A DNA stretch of 64,000 nucleotides from Candidatus Woesebacteria bacterium (GCA_050115675.1 JASFQB010000004.1:7601-71600), one strand, 5' to 3'; counted from the stretch's first letter, positions 28,770-37,553 are shown. Notes: generated from the sequence alone by a model not told the origin. A program made the numbers and translations.

Positions 28770-29156
28770 ATGGCACGAATTGCAGGGGTGACAGTCCCAA
28801 CAGAAAAACAAGTGCAGATTGCGCTAACTTATATTTATGGCATTGGCAACCACCAAGCTTTACAAATCCTTGATGCGTGCAAGGTTGACCCAACCACACG
28901 AGTTAAGGATCTTACTGAAGACGAGTTAACAAAGATTCGAAACGAAATTACAGAGAATCACATTGTTGAAGGTGAATTGCAACGAATAGTTGTTGCCAAC
29001 ATCAAACGCCTAAAAGACATTAACGCGTACCGTGGCTTGCGCCACAAGGCCAACCTGCCAAGCCGTGGTCAGAGAACTCGAACCAATGCTCGAACTCGCC
29101 GCGGGAAGAAACTTACAGTTGGTGGCACAAAAAAGAAAGCCCCATCAAAGACTTAA
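28770..29156 (+). CDS. rpsM: 30S ribosomal protein S13
   Basis: MARIAGV...ALTYIYGIG uS13. Confidence 0.97.
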   Translation: MARIAGVTVPTEKQVQIALTYIYGIGNHQALQILDACKVDPTTRVKDLTEDELTKIRNEITENHIVEGELQRIVVANIKRLKDINAYRGLRHKANLPSRGQRTRTNARTRRGKKLTVGGTKKKAPSKT

Positions 29157-29165
29157 GGATAACAT

Positions 29166-29558
29166 ATGGCAGACAATAAGACAGTTTCAAAGAAAAAGTC
29201 AAAGCGAACAGTGGCCAACGGTCAAATGCATGTTCAAGCGACTTTTAACAATACTATCGTAACCTTTAGCGACAAAAAAGGTGCCGTTTTAACAGCAAGC
29301 AGTGCAGGCGCTTGTGGTTTTCGTGGCTCCAAAAAAGGAACAGCCTATGCTGCTCAGGTGGCAAGCGAAAAAGCGGGTACTGCAGCAAAGCAAACTTATG
29401 GCCTATCAAGCGTTGACGTAATGGTCAAAGGCGTTGGTCTAGGTCGCGATGCAGCAGTGCGTGCACTTCAAAACTTAGACATTACAGTCGATACAATAAA
29501 AGATGTAACCGCAGCACCACATGGTGGTGTTCGCCCACGCAAGGCAAGGAGAGCTTAA
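29166..29558 (+). CDS. rpsK: 30S ribosomal protein S11
   Basis: uS11 (HVQATFNNTIVTFSD..., PHGGVRPRKARR). Confidence 0.97.
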   Translation: MADNKTVSKKKSKRTVANGQMHVQATFNNTIVTFSDKKGAVLTASSAGACGFRGSKKGTAYAAQVASEKAGTAAKQTYGLSSVDVMVKGVGLGRDAAVRALQNLDITVDTIKDVTAAPHGGVRPRKARRA

Positions 29559-29560
29559 GC

Positions 29561-30178
29561 ATGGCAAGAGACCGAAGTCCGATCGTCAAGCAGAGCCGCC
29601 GTGAAAGCTACGCTTTGCATCCAAAAGCACACAAGATCATGGTTAAAAAGAGCGGCATCCCAGGCCAGCACGGCCGTTCGCGCCAAGCCAAGCCTAGTCT
29701 GTATGCCGTACAGCTACGAGAGAAGCAAAAAGTTCGTCGCCTATACGGCTTGCTTGAAAAGCAATTCTCTAACTTAATGAAAGAAGCCAGCAGAAGCAAA
29801 GGCCAATCTGGTCAAGTTTTACTGCAGCTACTTGAGCAACGCCTAGATAACGTTGTTTACAGAGCCGGTCTTGCAACTAGCCGTCGTGCCGCACGACAAT
29901 TAGTTACACATGGACATTTTATGTTAAATGGCCGCCGCGTAGACATTCCATCAATCCGCGTGAGCGCTGGTGACGAAATTGTTGTTCGTCCAAGAAGCGC
30001 AAAAACAGTTTACTTCACCAAAATTGACGACGTAGTTAAAGAGACCAATCAGCCCACTCTTAGCTGGATGAAAGCTGATGTCAAAAAGTTAACAATCAAG
30101 ATAACTGGCGAGCCTACTCGTGCAGAAGCAGAGCCAGAAATAACAGAACAATTAATCGTTGAGTACTACTCACGCTAG
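29561..30178 (+). CDS. rpsD: 30S ribosomal protein S4
   Basis: uS4 with S4 RNA-binding domain (RLDNVVYRAGLATSRRAARQLV). Confidence 0.97.
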   Translation: MARDRSPIVKQSRRESYALHPKAHKIMVKKSGIPGQHGRSRQAKPSLYAVQLREKQKVRRLYGLLEKQFSNLMKEASRSKGQSGQVLLQLLEQRLDNVVYRAGLATSRRAARQLVTHGHFMLNGRRVDIPSIRVSAGDEIVVRPRSAKTVYFTKIDDVVKETNQPTLSWMKADVKKLTIKITGEPTRAEAEPEITEQLIVEYYSR

Positions 30179-30192
30179 AAGGAGAAAGTTAC

Positions 30193-31113
30193 GTGTCAAA
30201 AGTAATTCACAATCCAACACTTGCAAGTATAGAGGAGCACTCAGCCACTAGCGCAACGTTTGTTATAGAACCACTGCACACCGGCTACGGTATGACTTTG
30301 GGTAATAGCTTACGCAGAGTTTTACTTTCATCAATCGCAGGTGCAGCTGTTGTAGCCTTTAAGATCGAGGGTGCTACCCACGAATTTACAACTGTAAAGG
30401 ACATCAAAGAAGATGTCGTTGATATCATGCTAAACCTAAAGCAAGTTAGATTCAAGAACCACTCAGATGAACCAATTATGGTTCGCCTAGAGAAAAAAGG
30501 CACTGGTATCGTTACTGCAGCTGACATCAAAGCACCTGCTGACATCGAGATCGTAACACCTGACACGATTATTGCCACAATTGATGACCCTAAGGGTTCA
30601 TTGATTATAGATATCGTTATCGAGACAGGTCGCGGATACCGCACAGTAGAAGAATCGACCGAAAAGCGCACCCACAGTGACATGATTGCTGTAGATGCCG
30701 TATTTAGTCCTGTTTTACGTGTACGATACAAAGTAGAAAATACTCGTGTTGGGCAAACAACAGACTTAGACAAGCTTGTTTTGACAGTAGACACAGATGG
30801 CTCGCTTTCACCTCGCGAGGCGTTTGAAGAAGCAGCAGCTATTTTAATCAACCAATATACAGCGTTAGCGGGTTCTACTCGTGTAGAATCAGCACCTAGT
30901 GCGCCAAAGGGCAATGATGACATGTCAGAATTAATGACACCAATCGAAAACCTAAACCTTTCTGCACGCACAACAAACGCGTTAATCAACAATGAAATCC
31001 GCACCATCAAAGACCTAGTTACACTTAGCGACTCTGAACTACGCGAGCTTAAAGGCTTTGGCAGCAAAGCGCTAGACGAGGTTAAAGACAAATTGGCGGA
31101 GATGGAGCTTTAA
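30193..31113 (+). CDS. rpoA: DNA-directed RNA polymerase subunit alpha
   Basis: GTG start with SD aaggag; alpha NTD motifs (GYGMTLGNSLRRVLLSSI) and CTD (LNLSARTTNALINNEIRTIKDL). Confidence 0.96.
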   Translation: MSKVIHNPTLASIEEHSATSATFVIEPLHTGYGMTLGNSLRRVLLSSIAGAAVVAFKIEGATHEFTTVKDIKEDVVDIMLNLKQVRFKNHSDEPIMVRLEKKGTGIVTAADIKAPADIEIVTPDTIIATIDDPKGSLIIDIVIETGRGYRTVEESTEKRTHSDMIAVDAVFSPVLRVRYKVENTRVGQTTDLDKLVLTVDTDGSLSPREAFEEAAAILINQYTALAGSTRVESAPSAPKGNDDMSELMTPIENLNLSARTTNALINNEIRTIKDLVTLSDSELRELKGFGSKALDEVKDKLAEMEL

Positions 31114-31114
31114 G

Positions 31115-31531
31115 ATGCATCGTCACGGATATAAAGGAAGAAAGTTTGGTCGTGAGCGCGATCAACGACGTGCCTTGCTTAAAGGCTTGTTAACTTCTCT
31201 TTTCGAGAATGGCATGATTGAGACAACTTTAACAAAAGCTAAAGATCTTGTACCTGAAGCAGAAGTACTAATTACAAAAGCAAAATCAGGCAGCCTTCAT
31301 GACCGCCGTCAGATAATTAGCAATGTTTCTACTGTTGCGATTGCACACAAGCTTGTTGACGAGATTGCACCAAAGCTTACAGGTCGCACAAGTGGACATT
31401 TGCGCATTACCCGTACTCGTGTGCGCGTTGGTGACAATACTCAAATGGCAGAAGTAAGCTTTGTTGATGACATTACAGCTAAGGCTGAGCCCGCCAAGGC
31501 TAAAGATGAAGCCACAAAGGTGGAGAAGTAG
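31115..31531 (+). CDS. rplQ: 50S ribosomal protein L17
   Basis: MHRHGYKGRKFGRERDQRRALL bL17. Confidence 0.96.
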   Translation: MHRHGYKGRKFGRERDQRRALLKGLLTSLFENGMIETTLTKAKDLVPEAEVLITKAKSGSLHDRRQIISNVSTVAIAHKLVDEIAPKLTGRTSGHLRITRTRVRVGDNTQMAEVSFVDDITAKAEPAKAKDEATKVEK

Positions 31532-31535
31532 AGAC

Positions 31536-31967
31536 ATGAAGACATATAACCAAAAACCCGCCGAAGTTACTCGCACATGGGTAATTTTGGACGCAGCTGA
31601 AGCACCGCTAGGTCGCATTGCAACAACAGCGGCCAAGTACCTAATCGGCAAACATAAACCCACATACACGGCACACGTTGACGGTGGCGACAGTGTTATT
31701 GTAATAAACGCTGCCAAAAGCGTAGTAACTGGCGCAAAAGAGTCCAGCAAAGAATACCATAACTACAGCGGTTTCCCTGGCGGATTAAAGACTAAAAAGC
31801 TTAAAGACGTTCGCGAAAGCAATCCAAACAGAATCATTACTGACGCTGTGCAGGGCATGCTTCCTAAAAACAAGCTTCTTGACGGTCGCATGAAACGTCT
31901 TAAGGTTTACGCAGACGAGCAACATGGCCACGAGGCCCAAAAGCCAGTCAAGATCGGAGTTAAATAA
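31536..31967 (+). CDS. rplM: 50S ribosomal protein L13
   Basis: uL13 (RTWVILDAAEAPLGRIA...); start at ATG 31536 after the rplQ stop. Confidence 0.96.
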   Translation: MKTYNQKPAEVTRTWVILDAAEAPLGRIATTAAKYLIGKHKPTYTAHVDGGDSVIVINAAKSVVTGAKESSKEYHNYSGFPGGLKTKKLKDVRESNPNRIITDAVQGMLPKNKLLDGRMKRLKVYADEQHGHEAQKPVKIGVK

Positions 31968-31969
31968 CA

Positions 31970-32371
31970 ATGACAGCAAAAAATGAATATTTTTACGGGC
32001 TAGGTCGCCGCAAGGCATCTACTGCACGAGCTCGAATTTACAAGGGCAAGGGCGTAATTACCATCAATGACAAAGAGGCTATTGAGTATCTAAGCAAAAA
32101 CCAAGCTATGTGTGATGAGCTAAAGCAGCCACTTGCACTTATTGGTAAAGAAAAAGATTACGACATTACCATTCTTGTTGAAGGCGGTGGACACTCAGGC
32201 CAAGTAGACGCTATCAAGTTAGCGATTAGCAAAGCTTTAAGTGCTATGAACGATGATCTTCGTTCAACCCTTAAGAAAGCTGGGCTTCTAAAGCGCGACC
32301 CACGTGAGGTAGAGCCAAAGAAATACGGTTTACGAAAAGCTCGCAAGCGCGAACAATTTTCGAAACGTTAA
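31970..32371 (+). CDS. rpsI: 30S ribosomal protein S9
   Basis: uS9 (GLGRRKASTARARI..., ...KARKREQFSKR). Confidence 0.97.
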   Translation: MTAKNEYFYGLGRRKASTARARIYKGKGVITINDKEAIEYLSKNQAMCDELKQPLALIGKEKDYDITILVEGGGHSGQVDAIKLAISKALSAMNDDLRSTLKKAGLLKRDPREVEPKKYGLRKARKREQFSKR

Positions 32372-32382
32372 TCTCAAAATTC

Positions 32383-32432
32383 TATACAAACGCAAAAGAC
32401 TTCTGTTGCAAGGAGTTTTTTGCGTTTGTATA
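32383..32432 (+). terminator. Terminator after rpsI
   Basis: 15-bp stem tatacaaacgcaaaa/ttttgcgtttgtata. Confidence 0.7.
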
Positions 32433-32451
32433 AAAAATTACCTAAATTGAA

Positions 32452-32486
32452 AAGGCGCCCCAGCTCTATATGAGCTGGGGTGCCTT
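32452..32486 (-). terminator. Terminator for the minus-strand membrane protein gene
   Basis: 15-bp stem aaggcgccccagctc/gagctggggtgcctt (one G-U). Confidence 0.65.
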
Positions 32487-32513
32487 CTTTAACAATTACA
32501 TTGGTTCTTGATG

Positions 32514-33236
32514 TCATTTAACTTCCGCCTTGTCCGCCTGAAGCGTTAGGGCGGTACCACTGCTTGATTTATCGCCAGGCTTTGACTCAGGCGGCGAACT
32601 ACCTGCTGACGCTTTATCTAAAAGTTGCCGCCCGACTACCGCAGCAGGCAAAAAGCCACCTTGCACCAAGAAGCTAGCTGCAATTTTTTCGTTAAAAGAC
32701 AGGGCAAGCATAATTACAAGATCAGCAATCCACCACCCAAAAGGAACATTAGAGGGAAAAACATTTTGAGCCGCTACATCACCAAGTGATGCGCGCGTAA
32801 AACCACCACAATCTGCAAGAGTATCGAGCAACATAACACCAATTACAGCAACGGCTGGCAAGAGCTTAAGAGCATAGTCTACAAAAGAAACGCAATCCGA
32901 CCGTTTGATATAGAATATACCATCTTTTCCTTTGTAAATGTTTGCCCAAAACGAAATTTGTACACCAGATGTAATAACTGACATCGAGATGCTTGCAATC
33001 ACATTAACGCTTAGCACAAACAAACCAAGATCGTATGCTGGCAGAAACTTGAACCACAACGAGTAGAATGTCGCACCAAAAGAAATATCAATTAGAGCAA
33101 GAGATAAAATGGCCACAATGTAAATTGAACTGTTAAAGATTCTCCAAACTAGAGTCACCAGTCTCACTTCCCATCCGTCAGTATCAGTTTGGCTGTGATC
33201 TTTTGACACAACGCCTCCCGACATAGCATTACGCAA
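32514..33236 (-). CDS. Membrane protein (240 aa, ~5-6 TM, Ser/Pro-rich C-terminus), hypothetical
   Basis: Hydrophobic segments; no motif recognised. Confidence 0.65.
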   Translation of the reverse strand: MRNAMSGGVVSKDHSQTDTDGWEVRLVTLVWRIFNSSIYIVAILSLALIDISFGATFYSLWFKFLPAYDLGLFVLSVNVIASISMSVITSGVQISFWANIYKGKDGIFYIKRSDCVSFVDYALKLLPAVAVIGVMLLDTLADCGGFTRASLGDVAAQNVFPSNVPFGWWIADLVIMLALSFNEKIAASFLVQGGFLPAAVVGRQLLDKASAGSSPPESKPGDKSSSGTALTLQADKAEVK

Positions 33237-33306
33237 GAAACAAGACCCATACAGGCCCTAATGGATAGGCAAACAATAACACACAATAACAAGCCAAACA
33301 ACATAT

Positions 33307-33335
33307 TTGACTTTAGATTATGCACGATCTAAACT
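33307..33335 (+). promoter_or_regulatory. Candidate promoter for the leader transcript
   Basis: TTGACT-17 nt-TAAACT; predicted start ~33342, i.e. at the leader ATG (leaderless). Confidence 0.35.
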
Positions 33336-33342
33336 AACAGGT

Positions 33343-33460
33343 ATGCGAACATTTAGACAGGCTTTTTATTTTTGGTTTACCGCGCACCATTAGGGCGGTT
33401 TGTTTGCGTATAAAAAATAATTATTTAAAAAGATCGCCCAAAAAGGCGATCTTTTTAAAT
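33343..33460 (+). promoter_or_regulatory. Candidate transcription attenuator: 16-aa aromatic leader peptide (MRTFRQAFYFWFTAHH) plus alternative hairpins and a 16-bp terminator
   Basis: Leader ORF 33343-33393. Segments: 1 accgc (33379-83), 2 gggcggttt (33393-401), 3 aagatcgccc (33430-39), 4 ggcgatcttttt (33445-56). 1:2, 2:3 and 3:4 pairings are mutually exclusive. Confidence 0.4.
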
Positions 33461-33483
33461 TAAGTGTACAAAAGGAGAAACTT

Positions 33484-34734
33484 ATGACACAATTACTTGA
33501 AACGGTAGGAGAGAGACAAGTGGACAGAGTTGACGCTATTTTTGAAAGCGCAAGACGTCGCGAAAAGGAGATGCTTGAAAACGCGCAAAAATCAGAATTA
33601 ACTGCGGCCGAAATGCGCCTAATGCTACACGAATGCCTTCAGCAAAATCCAGAAGCCCTTAATGCAATCCATAAGTCCAGGCGCGAGATAGCCGCTGTGC
33701 AGCTTGGGTTAAGCAATAAGGGCGTTTTTATTTCTGGACAGTGCTCTCCTGACATGCGCCCGCTAGAAGATGGACGTTACCCTGCATACGAGGTTCCCCA
33801 CGCGTTACACGAAAACGCACAAAGACACGTTGACTCTTTAGTACATATACCTCGCGTATGCTGGAAGAAGCCACGAAGCAGTGCGGGACCAGCAGGACTA
33901 TATCACGAGCAGGGCGGAGCAACCTTTGCATTGCGCGAGGTTTATCTACCACTGGTACAAGCTGGGGTGCCATTTGCCTACGAATTTTTAGACCCAAATG
34001 ACCCTCTTCAAGATTGCGCAAGCTACGCATGGTTGGGTGCACGTAGCGTAGGTCACAATGCGCTTTGGTATCCGCTTTCTGCAAATGCAACATGCCCGGC
34101 TGGATTAAAAAATGGTGAGGCTGGCAGATTTCATAAAGTTGACGATGCAGCAAATGCTATTCGTAGCCGAACAACTGTCCAGGCTGCACTACCGGGATAC
34201 GAAGCCACCATCATAACAAGTGGCAACAGCTTCGTAAACTCCATATATCGCGGAGGAGAACTAGTAAAGCTCGGGCTGGAGGATCCAGGCGAAATTCGCG
34301 AAGCCTTTCAGCAGGGATACAAGGATTTCTGCCGAACATCTTATAAACATCATATGCGCGTAATGTTAGACATATCCCACGGAAATGCTAAGTTATTTAC
34401 GCGAGGCGCACGAGACGAACGTGGGCAGTTAGATTGCTTCGACGCTTTTGAAGACCTCTTGCAGCAAAATCCTACAATAGTTAGATACGGCGAAATGAAT
34501 GCGCCACGCGATATTACGGTAAAAGACGTGACTATGGGAGCCATGGCTGAGGTAAGCTGGCTGCCTGGAAGAAACAACGCAGAAGAAGGCGTCATTGCAG
34601 GACGCAGCGATGTTGACGCCTGCCTGGGATTAGGCCAGGGGATTGACTTACAAAAGCGCATGGCCGAGCTGTTTGATGACGGCAAAAATGACATACCACT
34701 ATGGATAGATCACCCAGCCTTCCAGGAGGTGTAA
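33484..34734 (+). CDS. 3-deoxy-7-phosphoheptulonate (DAHP) synthase homolog, type I-alpha-like, divergent
   Basis: Aligned by eye to my recollection of E. coli AroG: GQCS (GPCS, Cys61), PRV...KKPRS (R92/K97/R99), EFLDP...WLGARS, GLKNGEAG, RGG, LDISHGN (His268), GAMAEVSWLPG (Glu302), SDVDACLG (Asp326). Confidence 0.7.
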   Translation: MTQLLETVGERQVDRVDAIFESARRREKEMLENAQKSELTAAEMRLMLHECLQQNPEALNAIHKSRREIAAVQLGLSNKGVFISGQCSPDMRPLEDGRYPAYEVPHALHENAQRHVDSLVHIPRVCWKKPRSSAGPAGLYHEQGGATFALREVYLPLVQAGVPFAYEFLDPNDPLQDCASYAWLGARSVGHNALWYPLSANATCPAGLKNGEAGRFHKVDDAANAIRSRTTVQAALPGYEATIITSGNSFVNSIYRGGELVKLGLEDPGEIREAFQQGYKDFCRTSYKHHMRVMLDISHGNAKLFTRGARDERGQLDCFDAFEDLLQQNPTIVRYGEMNAPRDITVKDVTMGAMAEVSWLPGRNNAEEGVIAGRSDVDACLGLGQGIDLQKRMAELFDDGKNDIPLWIDHPAFQEV

Positions 34735-34785
34735 TATCGCCAATGACTCGTCATATAATCACAAAAATTGTATACTAGGAATAAC

Positions 34786-35835
34786 ATGCAACAAGAGAGA
34801 GTATTAACAGGCATTCGCTCTAACGGCGAGCCTCACATAGGAAATTATCTGGGCGCTATGCTGCCTATGATAGAAATTCAAAAACGACATGAGCAAAGCA
34901 AAGAGATGTTCTTTTTTGTACCCGATTTGCACTCGTTTACAACGCCAGTAGACCACACCACACTTTATCAACATACTGTACGCAATCTTAAATATTACGT
35001 AGCCGCGGGCATGGATTTTTGGGCTGAGGGCACATTTTTGTATCGACAAAGCTATATATCTGCACACAGCGAATTAACCTGGATTTTAAACTGTTTTGCC
35101 TATTTTGGCGAGTTAGGACGAATGACCCAGTTTAAAGACAAATCCGCTAACGAGGAGCGCAACGTGTCTGTTGGGCTGTTCGACTACCCAGTCTTAATGG
35201 CCGCAGACATTTTGCTTTATAACGCCAGATACATACCTGTTGGCGAAGACCAGCGTCAGCATCTAGAGATTACTCGAGATCTTGGTATTAGGATTAACAA
35301 CAAATTTGAAGACGTCTTTTCTGACGGAGTTTTTAAAGTTATACCAGAAAACTGGGACAAGCAGCTTGAGTTTTCTCAGCGCGACAGGGGAGTGCGAATT
35401 AGAAGTCTGCGAAATCCAGAAAAAAAGATGAGCAAATCTGTCAGTGACCCTGCTGGCACAATTGGATTGCTTGACGATCCAAAAGATGCAGCTAAAAAAA
35501 TTATGTCTGCAACAACCGACAGTGTAGGCTCAATAAATTACGACTGGCAAGCTCAACCTGGTATTTCTAATTTGATTCAAATTTTAGCACTTTTAACAGG
35601 CAAACCTGTACACGAAATTGCAGCCAAGTGGCAAGGAAATCAGCGCTATGGAGACCTAAAACAAGCTACTGCGCAAGAGGTAGAAAGGCTTTTGACTGAT
35701 TTTCAATCTAAAACCAACAGCATCAACGAAACTAAATTAATTGCAAAACTCGAAGAAGACGAAGCCAAAGTTAACCAAATAGCAAAAGCAACATTACTGC
35801 GCGTACAGCAAGCAGTAGGATTAAGACCTCGTTAA
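34786..35835 (+). CDS. trpS: Tryptophan--tRNA ligase
   Basis: GEPHIGNYLGA (HIGH-type), VGEDQRQHLEITRD, KMSKS; ~349 aa from ATG 34786. Confidence 0.9.
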   Translation: MQQERVLTGIRSNGEPHIGNYLGAMLPMIEIQKRHEQSKEMFFFVPDLHSFTTPVDHTTLYQHTVRNLKYYVAAGMDFWAEGTFLYRQSYISAHSELTWILNCFAYFGELGRMTQFKDKSANEERNVSVGLFDYPVLMAADILLYNARYIPVGEDQRQHLEITRDLGIRINNKFEDVFSDGVFKVIPENWDKQLEFSQRDRGVRIRSLRNPEKKMSKSVSDPAGTIGLLDDPKDAAKKIMSATTDSVGSINYDWQAQPGISNLIQILALLTGKPVHEIAAKWQGNQRYGDLKQATAQEVERLLTDFQSKTNSINETKLIAKLEEDEAKVNQIAKATLLRVQQAVGLRPR

Positions 35836-35843
35836 AAAGCAAA

Positions 35844-36719
35844 ATGAGCGAAACACTACACATTACAGCAGTAACAACTGGAGAGAGATTGGATGTCTTG
35901 CTTGCAAAATCGTGGCCAAATTTTAGCCGCAGTTTTTGGCAAGCAAGATGCTCAGCTGGCTTTGTTATTAGTGACGGCACGCCACGAAAATCAAGCTATT
36001 TAACTACAGAGGGTGAAGAATTTAGTATAATAATGCCCGAAAAACCAGACTTTAGTGAGCAAAACATTCCCGTACTCTACCAAGACGACGACGTGATTGT
36101 GCTAAACAAACCAACAGGCATACTTACTCATGCAAAAGGCGCAATTTGTGACGAATTTAGTGTAGCTGAATTTGTGCGCCCACTTACAACAGACAACCCA
36201 AACAGCAATCGACCAGGAATCGTTCACAGACTAGACAGAGGTACATCAGGAGTAATCATTGCAGCACGCAACCCCGAAGCTAAGTCTTGGCTGCAAAAAC
36301 AATTCTCTAACCGAAAAGCCAAAAAAAGCTATATCGCATTATTACATGGTCACCTAAAAGAGCCCTCTGCAAAAATAGATCTACCGATAGAGCGCAACCC
36401 ACGCAAACCGCAAACTTTTAGAGTAGGGAGTAATGGAAAATCGGCAATAACAGACTACGAAACCATCCAGGTTTTGCCAAATTACACCTTAGTTAGGTTT
36501 TTTCCGCTAACTGGACGCACACACCAAATAAGAGTACACGCTGCATATTTAGGACATCCAATTGTTGGCGATCCATTTTATGGGAAACCCAGCAAAGATA
36601 TCGGTAGGTTATTTTTACACGCCTCCACACTAGAGATTACACTGCCATCCAAAGAGCGAAAGGTTTTTGAAGCACCTTTACCCAACAAGTTAAAGCAGTA
36701 CATAGATGATATCAGCTAA
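35844..36719 (+). CDS. rluD: RluA-family 23S rRNA pseudouridine synthase (RluD-like, with S4 domain)
   Basis: HRLDRGTSGVII catalytic-Asp motif; TGRTHQIRVH. Confidence 0.85.
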   Translation: MSETLHITAVTTGERLDVLLAKSWPNFSRSFWQARCSAGFVISDGTPRKSSYLTTEGEEFSIIMPEKPDFSEQNIPVLYQDDDVIVLNKPTGILTHAKGAICDEFSVAEFVRPLTTDNPNSNRPGIVHRLDRGTSGVIIAARNPEAKSWLQKQFSNRKAKKSYIALLHGHLKEPSAKIDLPIERNPRKPQTFRVGSNGKSAITDYETIQVLPNYTLVRFFPLTGRTHQIRVHAAYLGHPIVGDPFYGKPSKDIGRLFLHASTLEITLPSKERKVFEAPLPNKLKQYIDDIS

Positions 36720-37542
36720 GACGCATATCCATCCGGGATCGTTTAAAATTTTTAACGCCTATGCAAAAAATCCGCCACACGCGCTGCTTATTACAGGACC
36801 TTCTGGCATTGGTAAGTTTGCAGTGGCAAAATTTTGGGCAGAACAAACTAGCGTGCATAGTAATTTTGAAGTAATTGAGCCCGAAGGTAGCACGATAAGC
36901 ATTGAGGCAATCAGAGGTTTATACCGCAGTTCACGCAGCAAACAAGTTGGACAACAGATGATTATTATTAAAAATGCCCAAGCAATGAGCGATGCGGCCG
37001 AGAATGCCCTACTAAAGCTACTCGAAGAGCCAAGGGCTGGTATTACTTTCATATTGACTGCCACACACAAGCACGCGTTGCTACCGACAATTCTGTCACG
37101 AGTGCAGCATATTGAACTTCGTAGGCTTGATCAAAAAACAATGCAGAATTTAGTCATCACAGCCAACCCAAACCTAACGCCAACAGATATGGCGCAATTG
37201 CTTTTTATTGCTGCGGGCCGTCCAGAAGTAGCAATAAAACTAGCAACCAGCAGCGACCAGCTTCAAAAAAAACGTCTACTAATGCAGCAAGCAAAAGAGC
37301 TAATATCCGCTAAACCATATCAGCGCATTTGCGATATAAATAAACTCGCTAGCAACAGATTAGACTGCATCGAGATATTAGATGCCATGCTTCTAATGAC
37401 CCAAGTTCAAATAAAAAGCGCCAGTCCAAGCTTAGTAGATCATCTTTTAGGGCGTGCGAACATAATAGAAAACACATTGGCAAAAATCTCGTGCAACGGC
37501 AACATTAAAGCGCAATTGCTAGCGTTGTTCAGTCTGCTATAA
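36706..37542 (+). CDS. holB: DNA polymerase III subunit delta'
   Basis: HALLITGPSGIGK P-loop-like, AENALLKLLEEP, SRVQ motifs. Confidence 0.75.
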   Translation: MISAKTHIHPGSFKIFNAYAKNPPHALLITGPSGIGKFAVAKFWAEQTSVHSNFEVIEPEGSTISIEAIRGLYRSSRSKQVGQQMIIIKNAQAMSDAAENALLKLLEEPRAGITFILTATHKHALLPTILSRVQHIELRRLDQKTMQNLVITANPNLTPTDMAQLLFIAAGRPEVAIKLATSSDQLQKKRLLMQQAKELISAKPYQRICDINKLASNRLDCIEILDAMLLMTQVQIKSASPSLVDHLLGRANIIENTLAKISCNGNIKAQLLALFSLL

Positions 37543-37553
37543 TATAAGCAAGT

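Noticed and set aside
30285-31091. 268-aa ORF antisense to rpoA (the longest non-annotated ORF in the track)
   Set aside because: It lies entirely within the well-supported rpoA frame, is Ser/Thr/Ile-rich with low complexity, and has no SD. This is a typical shadow ORF of a gene with few antisense stop codons.
33343-33460. T-box riboswitch upstream of DAHPS/trpS
   Set aside because: TGGTTTACCGCG loosely resembles the T-box core (GGUGGUACCGCG). However, the preceding AGGG is missing, and the ~140-nt leader downstream of the only plausible promoter has no room for Stem I or a specifier loop. The leader-peptide attenuator fits better. An Rfam RF00230 scan would settle it.
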